Positions 1-9,909 of a stretch of DNA of 64,000 bases are shown here, one piece after another (positions within the stretch are counted from its first letter, which is position 1; each line of letters begins with the position of its first letter). The notes beneath the pieces are model-generated. The model made no database searches. It was not told the DNA's origin and saw only the letters and a list, made by a program, of their open reading frames with translations. The stretch comes from an uncultured cyanobacterium (GTDB lineage Bacteria > Cyanobacteriota > Cyanobacteriia > CAKZMO01): positions 288,001 through 352,000 of the forward strand of contig CAVRCJ010000001.1 of the NCBI GenBank assembly GCA_963719515.1, in the 5' to 3' direction. The position numbers and the translations under genes are program-made.

Positions 1-1021
1 GGGGGACAACTGAGTTCAGAATATCCAAACTGGCAGCTTCCAGGTTTGGACTGCCCAGACTAGCGGCCCCCAGACTAGCGGCCTCCAGGCTAGACGGCTC
101 TTCCCCGAGGGGCTCTTCATTCCCAGACTCGACTGATGCGACCTCTTCTGCCGGTACACTGCTCAACGGGGTGGGCTCTGAAGGCGCTACTGACAGGCCA
201 TTAGGCTCTATGACATCTTCACTACCCTCAACTGCCCGCTCATTATTTTCAGCAGTAGGTCTTTCATCTTCCGGGGCAGCGGCTTCCGCTGGAATGACTT
301 CTAAGTCAACTGCAATTTCCAACGCTCCTGGCTCCAAAGAGGGGAACGACTCGGGCGCTGTCGCGATATCGCCGCCGGTCGATCTTGGCTCGCTGGCTGG
401 CTCACTTAAACCGGGCTCTAAATTACCTGGGCTATCTTCATCCTCCGGGACATTCTGCCCTAAAGCAGCGCCTGACTGCAGGTCTTGAACCTCCGTTTGC
501 GCGATCGCTACATTGGCCCCATCGTTGGCCCAGCCTCCCACTGTCGCCGTCTGCTGAGCTAGCGCGGGCATATCCCCCTCCAGGAGGGGGCGAATGGCCC
601 AGCGCCCGTTTTGAGGGTCTAGCGATCGCAGCTCTACCTGCTGAGCCGCTAGCTCTACATTTGGCTCTAGCTCAATCACCAGGCGGGTTAGCGTCGGCTG
701 AAACTGATTGACGCGAATCTGACGCACGCTGCCTGAGTAGGTCTGCTCAGCGAGCACCGAGCCCACCGTTGTATCCGGCAAATCCACGACGATTCGGGGC
801 GGCTGGGCCAGAATGAAATAGTTGGGCTGCGTGCCTCCTGGCGTGACGATTTCGAGCTGCCGGGTTTGCGGGTCGAACCGCCACCGTACGAGCTGAGCGC
901 TGTAGGCGGGAAGGGGGCTCACCATAGCAGCGATCGCCGTCAGGCTCGCCGCTGTGGTCATCACTTTAGCCATTGAGCTAAGGCTCCAGGCGATCGCCAA
1001 ATGAGAAAAGAGCTGTTTCAT
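1..1021 (-). CDS. AMIN domain-containing exported protein with Pro/Ser/Glu-rich tail (3' end outside window)
   Basis: Not in the ORF track because it has no stop in the window. Manual translation from ATG 1021 gives a signal-like N-terminus, then AQLVRWRFDPQTRQLEIVTPGGTQPNYFILAQPPRIVVDLPDT...QIRVNQFQPTLTRLVIEL, typical of cyanobacterial AMIN domains. Confidence 0.8.
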   Translation of the reverse strand, partial: MKQLFSHLAIAWSLSSMAKVMTTAASLTAIAAMVSPLPAYSAQLVRWRFDPQTRQLEIVTPGGTQPNYFILAQPPRIVVDLPDTTVGSVLAEQTYSGSVRQIRVNQFQPTLTRLVIELEPNVELAAQQVELRSLDPQNGRWAIRPLLEGDMPALAQQTATVGGWANDGANVAIAQTEVQDLQSGAALGQNVPEDEDSPGNLEPGLSEPASEPRSTGGDIATAPESFPSLEPGALEIAVDLEVIPAEAAAPEDERPTAENNERAVEGSEDVIEPNGLSVAPSEPTPLSSVPAEEVASVESGNEEPLGEEPSSLEAASLGAASLGSPNLEAASLDILNSVVP

Positions 1022-1159
1022 GGCACACCGATACCTTAATTCAGGGCGGGAAAGCAGATTCACAGGGTCGATCTGAGCTACTTCTAGAGCGAGAAGCCGT
1101 TTCGACCTAACGATGAGTCTGATTCTTTATACGCAGTGCATTAGGGATGCGTCAAGCAC

Positions 1160-2164
1160 TTACAGCTTCCGGCCCAGGGTCAAAAATCGGTCGAGGTCAG
1201 CGAACGTGCCCGCGTAAGCCTTAGTAGGCAAATCGTACCCTTTGAGGTTGAGGCTGTGGGCCTTGAACAGCTCTGACGTTTCGATAGAGATGGAGAGATC
1301 GTCTCTCAAGTATTGATAGGCCGTTTCACCGAAGGCGATATCCACGCCAATTTGCTTCGTAGAAGACTCTAAGCGAAACGCTGCATTTACGGTATCTCCC
1401 AGTGCCGTATAGTCTGGGTGATCCCCAGTACCTGTATTGCCCACCATGGCATAGCCCGTGTTCAGCCCGGCCCCAACGCGCACCGGCGCGTTCAGCGGAT
1501 AGAGCAGATGCAGCTCGCTAGTCATCTTGTGCAGGTCGTTGATGGCTTTGGCGATTTCCATCATCTCCTCATGACTGACCGTCTCCGCCCCGTGGATCCA
1601 GACCGCCATAATGGCATCGCCAATGTATTTATCCACCCAGCTTCCATAGTCGCGGATGATGTCCCCAGCTCGGCGGAACCAGGTGCCGATGGTTTCTGAG
1701 AGCACCGTCTCCTCAAGCTCGCGGGTCATGCCGGTGAAGTTGCGAATGTCCATCACCAGAACAGAGATCATCCGACGCACGTGCAGCATGGCCGTAGCGG
1801 TGTGCTCTTGAGAGTCGCTGTCACCTAAGCTGCCGTCGTCGGGGCCAAACCGGGCTTTAGGGCTGTAAAAGTCGAGATGGGTTTGGCCAAAGGTCAGGCG
1901 ATCGCCGCTTTTCAGCGTTACCGGGACGGTGACGCGCCTCCCGCCCACAAAGGAGCCGTTGCGGCTACCCAAGTCGATCAGGTAAAACTCGCCGGTTTCC
2001 ATCCGCTGCAGCATGGCGTGGTTGCGCGAAATCCAGCGATCGGGCAGCACAAAATTGTTGTCGTCACCGCGACCGATGGTCCAGCAATTGTTACCCGCCA
2101 GAGAAATATAGCGTTTCCCTGACTCAGTATGGAGGATTAAATGGGGAAGAGATTGTGAATTCAC
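1160..2164 (-). CDS. FHA domain + class III adenylate/guanylate cyclase
   Basis: FHA motifs WTIGR, ISRNHA and DLGSRNG. Cyclase motifs DIRNFT, DKYIGDAIM and YTALGDTVNAAFRLE. Confidence 0.92.
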   Translation of the reverse strand: MNSQSLPHLILHTESGKRYISLAGNNCWTIGRGDDNNFVLPDRWISRNHAMLQRMETGEFYLIDLGSRNGSFVGGRRVTVPVTLKSGDRLTFGQTHLDFYSPKARFGPDDGSLGDSDSQEHTATAMLHVRRMISVLVMDIRNFTGMTRELEETVLSETIGTWFRRAGDIIRDYGSWVDKYIGDAIMAVWIHGAETVSHEEMMEIAKAINDLHKMTSELHLLYPLNAPVRVGAGLNTGYAMVGNTGTGDHPDYTALGDTVNAAFRLESSTKQIGVDIAFGETAYQYLRDDLSISIETSELFKAHSLNLKGYDLPTKAYAGTFADLDRFLTLGRKL

Positions 2165-2385
2165 CGCAGATGTAGGCCGCTGTTACGTCTCCGTTTCCCG
2201 CTTTTGATAGAGATACATCCTGATGGGCACACTGCGACTTTGTTCAGTCACAGAGAGCCCTGGCGCTTGTGAGCTTCTATCCACAGGGTAAAAACTCTAA
2301 GCTAGCCCGATTCCAAAAGCTGAGATCGGGCAACACACGCTGATTATAACCAAGCTGCGGAAGCTTACGTCACATCATCGCATTT

Positions 2386-3114
2386 TTATGCAGCAGCAGT
2401 GGCGGCAATCCAGAACAGCCCGTCCACCAACAACGTACTTAATACGGCACCACTAAAGGCCCATCGGGACAGCTGAGACGATCTCAGCGGCGGCCAACCC
2501 GCCGCTAAAAGCAGAGCAATTAAAGCAAAGGCACAGCCTGCGCCCCAAGGCGTTTGAACCTTCAAAACCGCCGTGCTGAGAATAGAGGGCGCGAAGGAGG
2601 GATCGACTGCGACGAGGGCTCGCCAGTCGGGGATTAAGTTGACTAGATAGAAATAGGCGTCGGTCAGCGCCGTGCCGAGCAAAGACCCCAGGTAAAACCA
2701 ATGGCCAATATGCCCCCCGCGTCGTCGAATGGCCATGACCGTAAACGGCAGGCCAATGGCTTCCACAGGAAGATGCAAAAGCGGTTCCCACCTGAGCCAT
2801 CCCCAGTAGATCGTGCCGGCTAGCCACGTCCAAGCAAATCCCATCAGGAGGTCTCCCCAAGGTGCCAAAGCCGGACGCGATCGCATCAACAGTGCTAATC
2901 CCCACCAGACCAACAGAAGATCAAGGCTGAGAAACGGCGCAACGCGGACTAATGGAGCCTGGAAAAAGACAGGGACAGAGACGAGGAAGATGGCTGCAGC
3001 AAAAATTAGCCACGGCTGCTGCAGCTGGCGCGAAGTTGGAAGCGTCTCAAGGGAAATCGGGGAATGCTGAGTCAGAGTTGTGTAAGCCAAGGGGGAAGAT
3101 GAAATGGGGTTCAC
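2386..3114 (-). CDS. DUF3120 family membrane protein (start uncertain)
   Basis: FLVSVPVFFQAPLVR, WLAGTIYWGWLRWEPLLHLPVEAIGLP and LGTALTDAYF motifs. The track ORF is probably over-extended, so GTG 3114 was chosen. Confidence 0.75.
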   Translation of the reverse strand: MNPISSSPLAYTTLTQHSPISLETLPTSRQLQQPWLIFAAAIFLVSVPVFFQAPLVRVAPFLSLDLLLVWWGLALLMRSRPALAPWGDLLMGFAWTWLAGTIYWGWLRWEPLLHLPVEAIGLPFTVMAIRRRGGHIGHWFYLGSLLGTALTDAYFYLVNLIPDWRALVAVDPSFAPSILSTAVLKVQTPWGAGCAFALIALLLAAGWPPLRSSQLSRWAFSGAVLSTLLVDGLFWIAATAAA

Positions 3115-3433
3115 TTTTCTTAATATACTACAAACGCTCACAACAGGGGTTTCGGCAGAATGCCCCTGGGGGGTATACAGGCAGTGTAGTGCGAATTTCC
3201 TCAGAAAACATGTCCTTGTAGAGGGAGTAGCCCTTAGAAGCGGTTCTTTGGGGGGCAACGGCAGAAATGTGAAATTTTTCTGAAATTTTGACGCTCTGCT
3301 TGCTGTGGCTATGTCCTGCTCATAAGCTGGAGCAACTGAAAGGGCTAATGAAGCGCAAGCCGCCTTGAAGGCTCAGTAAGCGACTCGATTTAGTTAGATA
3401 GGCTTTACCCCAACCGCCGATTAACTTGCATAT

Positions 3434-4357
3434 ATGTTTTCTTTATTGTTATTCGATCTGTTTAGCGCTTATATTTTGGGTCAAAGTCCCGCAGAAACAG
3501 CAAGCAGCGGCGTTGCCGAGCTCGGTGTGTTCAAGTCCATCGTCTTAGGAATCGTACAGGGACTGACAGAGTTTTTGCCCATCAGTAGCACGGCCCACAT
3601 GAAGGCGGTTCCGGTCGCTTTGGGCTGGGGCGATCCCGGCGTTGCCTTCACCGCCATCATTCAGCTAGGCAGCATTGTTGCCATCCTCTGGTACTTTTGG
3701 GATGACCTCACCCAGGTGGTTGCCGGCACAGTCCGCGCGATCGCCAAGTCTGACTACCAGTCCCAGGATTTTCGCATCGGGCTGGGTATCTTTTTGGGCA
3801 CGTTTCCCATCGTGATTTGCGGTCTGTTGATGAAGGCCCTGATCCCCGACCTGGATAACTCTCCCATTCGCAGCATGGGGGCGATCGCCATTGCCTCGAT
3901 TGTGATGGCCCTGCTGCTGGCGCTAGCGGAGCAGATGGGCAAGCGGGAGCGCAACCTGGAAAAGCTAGGCACCCGGGATGGCATCCTCATGGGCTGCGCC
4001 CAGACCCTGGCCCTCATTCCGGGGGTGTCTCGCTCGGGGTCTACCCTTACTGCGGGTTTGTTTATGGGGCTAGAGCGGGCGACGGCGGCTCGCTTTTCCT
4101 TTTTGCTGGGCATCCCCGCCATTACCCTGGCAGGGCTAGTCGAGCTAGCGGGCCTGTTTGAGACCAACTTCGGCGGCATTGGCGTTGTGCCGCTAGTGGC
4201 GGGCCTGATTGCCTCTGCGGCCTCATCCTACGCGGCGATCGCCTGGCTGATTAAGTATCTGCAAAACCACAACACCTGGGTATTTGTCTGGTATCGGCTG
4301 GGGTTTGGGGTGGCTATTTTAGCGGCGCTTGCCCTGGGGCTAGTTGAGAACAGCTGA
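3434..4357 (+). CDS. uppP: undecaprenyl-diphosphate phosphatase (BacA/UppP)
   Basis: QGLTEFLPISSTAH and PGVSRSGST signature motifs. Confidence 0.95.
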   Translation: MFSLLLFDLFSAYILGQSPAETASSGVAELGVFKSIVLGIVQGLTEFLPISSTAHMKAVPVALGWGDPGVAFTAIIQLGSIVAILWYFWDDLTQVVAGTVRAIAKSDYQSQDFRIGLGIFLGTFPIVICGLLMKALIPDLDNSPIRSMGAIAIASIVMALLLALAEQMGKRERNLEKLGTRDGILMGCAQTLALIPGVSRSGSTLTAGLFMGLERATAARFSFLLGIPAITLAGLVELAGLFETNFGGIGVVPLVAGLIASAASSYAAIAWLIKYLQNHNTWVFVWYRLGFGVAILAALALGLVENS

Positions 4358-4385
4358 TTCGAAGGGGCTATTGTAAAATCGGGGT

Positions 4386-5738
4386 ATGTCTACCCCCCAG
4401 CCCGCCCTCGTCACCCGCGTCCTCCCCGACTCCATTGCCGAAGACCTCGGCTTTGAGCCCGGCGATCGCCTGGTGAGCATTAACGGCGAGCGGCCCCGCG
4501 ACCTAATTGACTACCGGTTCCTCTGCGCCGACGAGGTGCTCACCCTGCAGGTCTTAGATAGCGAGAACGAGCTGCACGAGGTGGAGCTGGAAAAAGACCT
4601 AGACGACGACCTGGGCTTAGAGTTCGAAACTGCCCTATTCGACGGGCTCATACAGTGCAACAACCGCTGTCCTTTTTGCTTTATTGACCAGCAGCCCCCC
4701 GGTAAGCGCCAAACCCTCTACCTCAAAGACGACGACTACCGGCTGAGCTTCTTGTACGGCAGCTACCTGACGCTGACCAATCTCACCCCGCCCGAGTGGG
4801 ACCGCATTGCTCAGATGCGGCTCTCGCCTCTCTATGTCTCGGTCCACGCCACGGACCCTGAAGTGCGATCGCGGCTGCTGAAAAACCCCCGGGCGGGCCA
4901 GATTCTAGAGCAGCTGCAGTGGTTTCGTCAGCACCGCCTGCAAATTCACGCCCAGGTGGTGGTCTGCCCCGGCATCAACGACGGCGAGCAGCTGACGCGC
5001 ACTCTGCTCGATTTGGCTCAGTTTCACGATTTTGAAGATCCTACTGTCCTGTCGGCTGCCGTGGTGCCCGTGGGGCTGACCCGGTTTCGCCCCAACCTGG
5101 AAGAGCTCGCCCCCGTCGACCCACCCACGGCCCGCGAGGTGATTGCCCAGGTTCAAGGCCTGCAGGAGAAATTCCTGCAGCAGTATGGCTCTCGGTTTGT
5201 CTGGCTGGCGGACGAGTGGTTTTTGATTGGCCGCGTAGACCTGCCGCCCGCAGCCCAGTACGAGGACTATCCCCAAATTGGCAACGGCGTCGGTTCGATT
5301 CACCAGTTTTTAGACCAGTTTTACCAAGCGGCTGAAGCGCTGCCTAAGGCGCTGCCCGCTGGCGATCGCCGTCTCACCTGGGTGGTGGGCAACGCGGTGG
5401 AATACGCCTTTGCACCCCTGGTGCAGCGCCTCAACCAGGTGGCAGGGCTGACGGTGACGCTGGCCCCCCTGCGCAGCGTCTACTGGGGCCAGGAGATTAC
5501 GGTGACGGGGCTGCTGACCGGGCAAGATTTGCTGGCTCTGAAGGGGCAAGACCTGGGGGAGGGTATTCTGCTGCCTTCCCTGATGCTCAAGCACGACGAG
5601 GCGCGGTTTCTAGACGATATGACGGTGGATGAGGTCGCAGAGGCGCTGCAGACGCCGATTCACGTGGTCAGCGGGGTTGAGGCGCTGATTCAGGTCTGTG
5701 CTCAGGTAGACCCCTTAGGGGCCATTAGCCTGGTTTAG
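4386..5738 (+). CDS. PDZ + radical SAM + DUF512 protein (TIGR03279-type)
   Basis: N-terminal PDZ-like region, CNNRCPFC FeS motif, KDDDYRLSFLYG and TVTGLLTGQDL. Confidence 0.9.
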   Translation: MSTPQPALVTRVLPDSIAEDLGFEPGDRLVSINGERPRDLIDYRFLCADEVLTLQVLDSENELHEVELEKDLDDDLGLEFETALFDGLIQCNNRCPFCFIDQQPPGKRQTLYLKDDDYRLSFLYGSYLTLTNLTPPEWDRIAQMRLSPLYVSVHATDPEVRSRLLKNPRAGQILEQLQWFRQHRLQIHAQVVVCPGINDGEQLTRTLLDLAQFHDFEDPTVLSAAVVPVGLTRFRPNLEELAPVDPPTAREVIAQVQGLQEKFLQQYGSRFVWLADEWFLIGRVDLPPAAQYEDYPQIGNGVGSIHQFLDQFYQAAEALPKALPAGDRRLTWVVGNAVEYAFAPLVQRLNQVAGLTVTLAPLRSVYWGQEITVTGLLTGQDLLALKGQDLGEGILLPSLMLKHDEARFLDDMTVDEVAEALQTPIHVVSGVEALIQVCAQVDPLGAISLV

Positions 5739-5740
5739 CC

Positions 5741-6541
5741 ATGCCGCCCATCACCCTCATCACAGACTTTGGTACCCAGGATGCCTACGTCGGCATCATG
5801 AAGGGGGTGATTGCGGCGATCGCCCCCCAAGTGCCCTGCATTGACCTCACCCACGCCGTGCCGCCCCAGAGTATTCAGGCGGCTCACTTTCATCTGCTGA
5901 CGGCGTATCCCTACTTTCCCCTGGACACCGTCTATCTCGTCGTGGTGGACCCCGGAGTTGGCGGCGATCGCCGCGCCGTGGCGGTGCAGTTCCCCCAAGG
6001 CACCGTCGTCTGCCCCGACAACGGCCTGCTCACCGGGCTCCTCCACCGTCACCCGCAGGATTCCATAGAAGCGGTGGAGCTGAGCGACCCGGACTGCTGG
6101 CGATCGCCCCAGCCCAGCGCCACCTTCCACGGGCGAGATATCTTTGCCCCTGTAGCCGCCCGTCTCGCGGCGGGAATGCCCCTCGCTCAGGTCGGGCACC
6201 CCATCTCGCCGACATCTCTAGTGCAGCGGCGTGGACTCCTGCCGGAGCGGGGCCCCCAGGGGGTTATTCAGCATATCGACCGATTTGGAAATCTAATCTC
6301 GACGCTTCCTGCCGCTATTGTCGAAGCGGGGGCGGTTGGGCCGGGGGCAGTCCTGCAGATCGGCGATCGCCGCATTCCCTTCGGCGCAACCTACAGCAGC
6401 GCCTTACCGGGCCAGCTGATTGCGATCGTTGGCAGTCACGGCTGGGTTGAGGTGGCGGCAAATGGGGCGCGGGCCAGCGACATTTTACGGGCTGAAGTGG
6501 GCCAAGCCGTGGCTATTGAGCCCCAGCCGCCAAAGCTGTAG
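5741..6541 (+). CDS. SAM hydroxide adenosyltransferase (DUF62, chlorinase/fluorinase superfamily)
   Basis: ITLITDFG, VVDPGVG, PDNGLL, TFHGRDIF and IDRFGN motifs. Confidence 0.88.
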   Translation: MPPITLITDFGTQDAYVGIMKGVIAAIAPQVPCIDLTHAVPPQSIQAAHFHLLTAYPYFPLDTVYLVVVDPGVGGDRRAVAVQFPQGTVVCPDNGLLTGLLHRHPQDSIEAVELSDPDCWRSPQPSATFHGRDIFAPVAARLAAGMPLAQVGHPISPTSLVQRRGLLPERGPQGVIQHIDRFGNLISTLPAAIVEAGAVGPGAVLQIGDRRIPFGATYSSALPGQLIAIVGSHGWVEVAANGARASDILRAEVGQAVAIEPQPPKL

Positions 6542-6751
6542 GGTCTGATGTAGATATTGGGCGTGAATATTGGGGATATTAACCCTAATCCCCGGCTTTA
6601 AGGGGGCTGATACCCCTCAGGCAGATCCTCTGATTCGGGCTAATTTAGAGACGCTGCTCAACGTTAAGTAAATCTAAAGGCAGCGCTGGCGGCTACTCTA
6701 ATTTTCGTAGCGCGCCTCATGCTGCATCGCTGAGACCCTCTACCGACTGCT

Positions 6752-7168
6752 ATGAAGCTTTCCTTTCGAGGCACCGTATACGAAAGTCCATTTCTCTCTG
6801 ACGATGTTCACTACATTGCTGACCTACCGTCGCAGTATGGAGCACTCTCCAGCCGGATGAATCAGATCCCTGGCCTACATATGCCAGAAGCTTACCTCCA
6901 GTCGGCGTCCCAAGCGATCGCCATGCCGCTGCTGCTATCGCCAATCGCCTCAATTTTGGTCGTCATTTGGGAACCAGCTCCCCTGAACGAGGCCCGCATC
7001 AGGCCATTCCACTTTGTCGGCAAGTATCTGCTCTCTTCACAGCAGGCCGTATTCGATATACTCAAGCAGTACCATGAGGCTTATCTCGATCAGCCCTGCC
7101 AGCCCTCGCCCAGCTTTTTTATCGGCGTGCGCGGTTCGCTGGTTAGAGTGGCAGCGTCCCTGCGCTGA
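6752..7168 (+). CDS. hypothetical protein; N-terminus resembles the DUF4278 MKLxxRG motif
   Basis: 138-aa ORF filling the gap before the thioredoxin gene; it starts MKLSFRGTVYE. Confidence 0.5.
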   Translation: MKLSFRGTVYESPFLSDDVHYIADLPSQYGALSSRMNQIPGLHMPEAYLQSASQAIAMPLLLSPIASILVVIWEPAPLNEARIRPFHFVGKYLLSSQQAVFDILKQYHEAYLDQPCQPSPSFFIGVRGSLVRVAASLR

Positions 7169-7189
7169 TAAATCAAAACAAAGGCAACT

Positions 7190-8014
7190 ATGGGATATTC
7201 CATCGACGTCACGACGCAAACCTTTGAGGACGCAGTCATCCAGGCATCTCACCAGCAGCCGATTTTGGTCGATTTTTTCGCGCAGTGGTGTGGGCCTTGC
7301 CAGCTGCTAAAGCCCGTGCTGGAGAAGCTGTCTCAGGAATATGGGGTTGGCTTGGCCAAGGTGGATATCGACCACAGCCCAGAGCTAGCCAATGCCTACG
7401 GGGTAGAGGGAGTGCCCGACGTGCGCATCGCTGTCGCAGGCCAAATCCAGCCCGGCTTCGTTGGCGTCCTGCCTGAGCCGCAGCTGCGATCGCTCTTGGC
7501 TGGCTTGGGCGCCACCTCGACCGTGGAGGAGGTGCTCCAGAGCGCCACCGCCGCCATAGAGGCTGGGGACAGTGAGAGTGCGTCACACCAGCTCGACGCC
7601 CTGGTGGAAGAGCACCCTGGCGACGAACGGGTAGTAACGGTAGCGGTACCGTTTTGGGTTGCCCAGGGGCAAGTCAGTCGCGCTCAGACGGCCTTCGAAG
7701 CCGCGATGGCGGTCGTGCCCAATCCTAATGGGGCCCTGATGCGATCGCTGCGGGGTCAGCTTTACCTCGCTCAGCTGTGTCACCAGGCCGTCGGTGGGGC
7801 GGGTGACGGCGGCGATGACCTACAGCAGCTGGCCTGCCGCGCCGTCAAAGGCGGCGACCCTGAAGCTGCTCTGGCTGGCTTTCTAGATTTGCTAGAGCAG
7901 CGACGCCATCAAGACGCGGCGCGAAAAGCAATGATCGCTGTTTTCGATCGCCTTGGGGACGACCACGCCCTCACGAAGGCATACCGCAAGAAAATGATGA
8001 TGGCGCTGTTCTAG
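7190..8014 (+). CDS. thioredoxin + TPR co-chaperone (YbbN/CnoX family)
   Basis: DFFAQWCGPC thioredoxin domain, TPR-like C-terminus ending YRKKMMMALF. Confidence 0.9.
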   Translation: MGYSIDVTTQTFEDAVIQASHQQPILVDFFAQWCGPCQLLKPVLEKLSQEYGVGLAKVDIDHSPELANAYGVEGVPDVRIAVAGQIQPGFVGVLPEPQLRSLLAGLGATSTVEEVLQSATAAIEAGDSESASHQLDALVEEHPGDERVVTVAVPFWVAQGQVSRAQTAFEAAMAVVPNPNGALMRSLRGQLYLAQLCHQAVGGAGDGGDDLQQLACRAVKGGDPEAALAGFLDLLEQRRHQDAARKAMIAVFDRLGDDHALTKAYRKKMMMALF

Positions 8015-8023
8015 AGTTAGCAA

Positions 8024-8551
8024 TCAAACGATCGCCGCAGCGGTCTCTGAGGGTGTTGACGGCGCTATGTGAGCGGTTGAAGAATGCACAATCAGCACAG
8101 AGGTTGGGGCGTGGTGATTCACATACTGACTGACGCTGCCCAACAAAATTTCTCGAATGTTGGAGCGTCCCCGACTGCCGACCATCACTAGGTCAGCGTT
8201 CCACACCTTGGCTTGGCGGCAGATCGAAGGGCCGGCGTGGCCTTTAATCAAGGCAACAGACGCCGCAATTCCCTCGGCGATCGCCCGGTCGGCCCGAGCC
8301 CGCAGTCGTTTGAGCTGCTGCTGTTCGTAGTCACGCTGCTGCTGCCAATACAGCTCCATGGCCTCCCGGTAGACCTCAGGTGAATACTCCATGCCAATGC
8401 TGCTGGGCCAGTAGGGATCGGCATCGTGAAAATCGAGAACATGCAGCAGCAGCAGCTCTGCCCCTAATCCCTGCGCTAGCTCTTGGCCTTTCTCATAGAC
8501 GTCGGCATCGTGTCCTGAGTGGTCTAATGCCGCTAAAATACGGTGAAACAT
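8024..8551 (-). CDS. universal stress protein
   Basis: RILAALD, ADLVMVGSRGRS and LLGSVSQYV motifs. Confidence 0.92.
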   Translation of the reverse strand: MFHRILAALDHSGHDADVYEKGQELAQGLGAELLLLHVLDFHDADPYWPSSIGMEYSPEVYREAMELYWQQQRDYEQQQLKRLRARADRAIAEGIAASVALIKGHAGPSICRQAKVWNADLVMVGSRGRSNIREILLGSVSQYVNHHAPTSVLIVHSSTAHIAPSTPSETAAAIV

Positions 8552-8695
8552 ACCTGTTTCCTCCAGTGACGCTGAGCCGGTCGCCCTACGCTTGCTTCTG
8601 CTGGGCGCAGTACCTTCGGCTCTTATCCTCTAAAGACTAGCGGCAAACTCTGAGGATTTCATGACGTCGAGCCGAACTCGCCCGAATCGGTAGGC

Positions 8696-9841
8696 TCAAT
8701 AAAGCTCGTAGCGCAGCAAACGGCAGTCAATACCGCCGTTTGAGACCGGGATGCGCCGCGAGGGCCGCAGGCCAATTTTCTTCGCCAGCGCCAGGTTGCC
8801 GCACAGCACATAGGCCGTCCAGCCCTGACAGCGCTGCTTCAGTACGTCCCCCAGCTGCTTATAAAATGGCTCTAGAGCCTCGGCCTCCCCAATTCGCTCC
8901 CCATAGGGGGGATTGCAGATGATAATGCCGTGGTCGGCGGGCGGGGTGAGATCTGATAGGGCCTGCTGCCGTAGGGTGATGCAGTCCTCGACCTCGGCCC
9001 GCTCGGCATTGCCCTGAGCCTGCTGAATCACCTCGTCGTCGCCATCGCTGCCCACGATGGGAGCCTCCAGGGAATTCCGGCGCTGCTGCTGGGCCTGCTC
9101 GCGCTGCTGCTGCCACAGCTCGGCGTCGAAGTCAGGCCAGCGCTCAAAGGCAAAGTTCCGGTCTAGCCCTGGCGCAATGCACAGGGCCTGCCGGGCCGCC
9201 TCAATGGGCAGCGTCCCCGAGCCACACAGCGGGTCGAGAAACGGCTGATCCGGGGTCCAGGCCGCCAGCTGCAATAGAGCGGCGGCTAGGGTTTCCTTGA
9301 GGGGAGCTTGACCCATAGCGGGCCGGTAGCCCCGGCGGTGCAGGCTTTCTCCCGTGCTGTCGAGGCTGATGGTAGCGCGACTGGCTCGGCCTGGGCCGTC
9401 GCCGCTGATGTGGACGTTGATGCGCACGTCGGGGTCTTCGGTGTCGATGCTAGAGCGTTCTCCAAACTGCTGCCGCTGCTGGTCGACGATGGCGTTCTTC
9501 ACCTGCAGAGCCGTAAAGTGGGAATGGTTGAGCTGGCGGCTTTTGCCGGTGGCCCGCACGGCAAAGGTTTGCTCCGGGGCCAAATAGCTCGCCCAGTCAA
9601 CGGTCTGCACCGCCCCATAAAGCTGCTGGGCGTCTCGGCAGCCTCGCTCTGCTAGGTTCAGCAGCACCCGAAAGGGAATTCGCCCCCAGAGGTTGACTCG
9701 GTACAGCAGGGCGCGATCGCCTGCGAACCTCACCCCTGCAAACCCCGGCTCCACGGCTTCGGCCCCCAGCTGCTGCAATTCCTGGGCAACGAGCGGCTCT
9801 AGTCCTCGGGCGGTGGTGGCAAAATAGCGGTGGGTTGTCAT
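8696..9841 (-). CDS. THUMP domain class I SAM-dependent RNA methyltransferase (RlmL-like)
   Basis: LHRRGYR, APLKETLAA, DPLCGSGT and NPPYGER motifs. Confidence 0.92.
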   Translation of the reverse strand: MTTHRYFATTARGLEPLVAQELQQLGAEAVEPGFAGVRFAGDRALLYRVNLWGRIPFRVLLNLAERGCRDAQQLYGAVQTVDWASYLAPEQTFAVRATGKSRQLNHSHFTALQVKNAIVDQQRQQFGERSSIDTEDPDVRINVHISGDGPGRASRATISLDSTGESLHRRGYRPAMGQAPLKETLAAALLQLAAWTPDQPFLDPLCGSGTLPIEAARQALCIAPGLDRNFAFERWPDFDAELWQQQREQAQQQRRNSLEAPIVGSDGDDEVIQQAQGNAERAEVEDCITLRQQALSDLTPPADHGIIICNPPYGERIGEAEALEPFYKQLGDVLKQRCQGWTAYVLCGNLALAKKIGLRPSRRIPVSNGGIDCRLLRYELY

Positions 9842-9909
9842 TACGTCAGATTAAAGCCATGATCAAATACTTGCCTAAGCAATAGCGCCTTTAAGGGACA
9901 ATTCTGCCC

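Noticed and set aside
171..711. Plus-strand ORFs 171-488 and 385-711
   Set aside because: They are antisense shadows of the AMIN gene.
3120..3300. c-di-AMP riboswitch upstream of the DUF3120 gene
   Set aside because: Only a short GAACCGCTT match; the conserved 3' core (CCCG.CAGCTAAC) is absent.
5741..6541. SAM-dependent fluorinase/chlorinase
   Set aside because: The TFHGRD motif with His indicates the common DUF62 SAM hydrolase, and there is no biosynthetic context.
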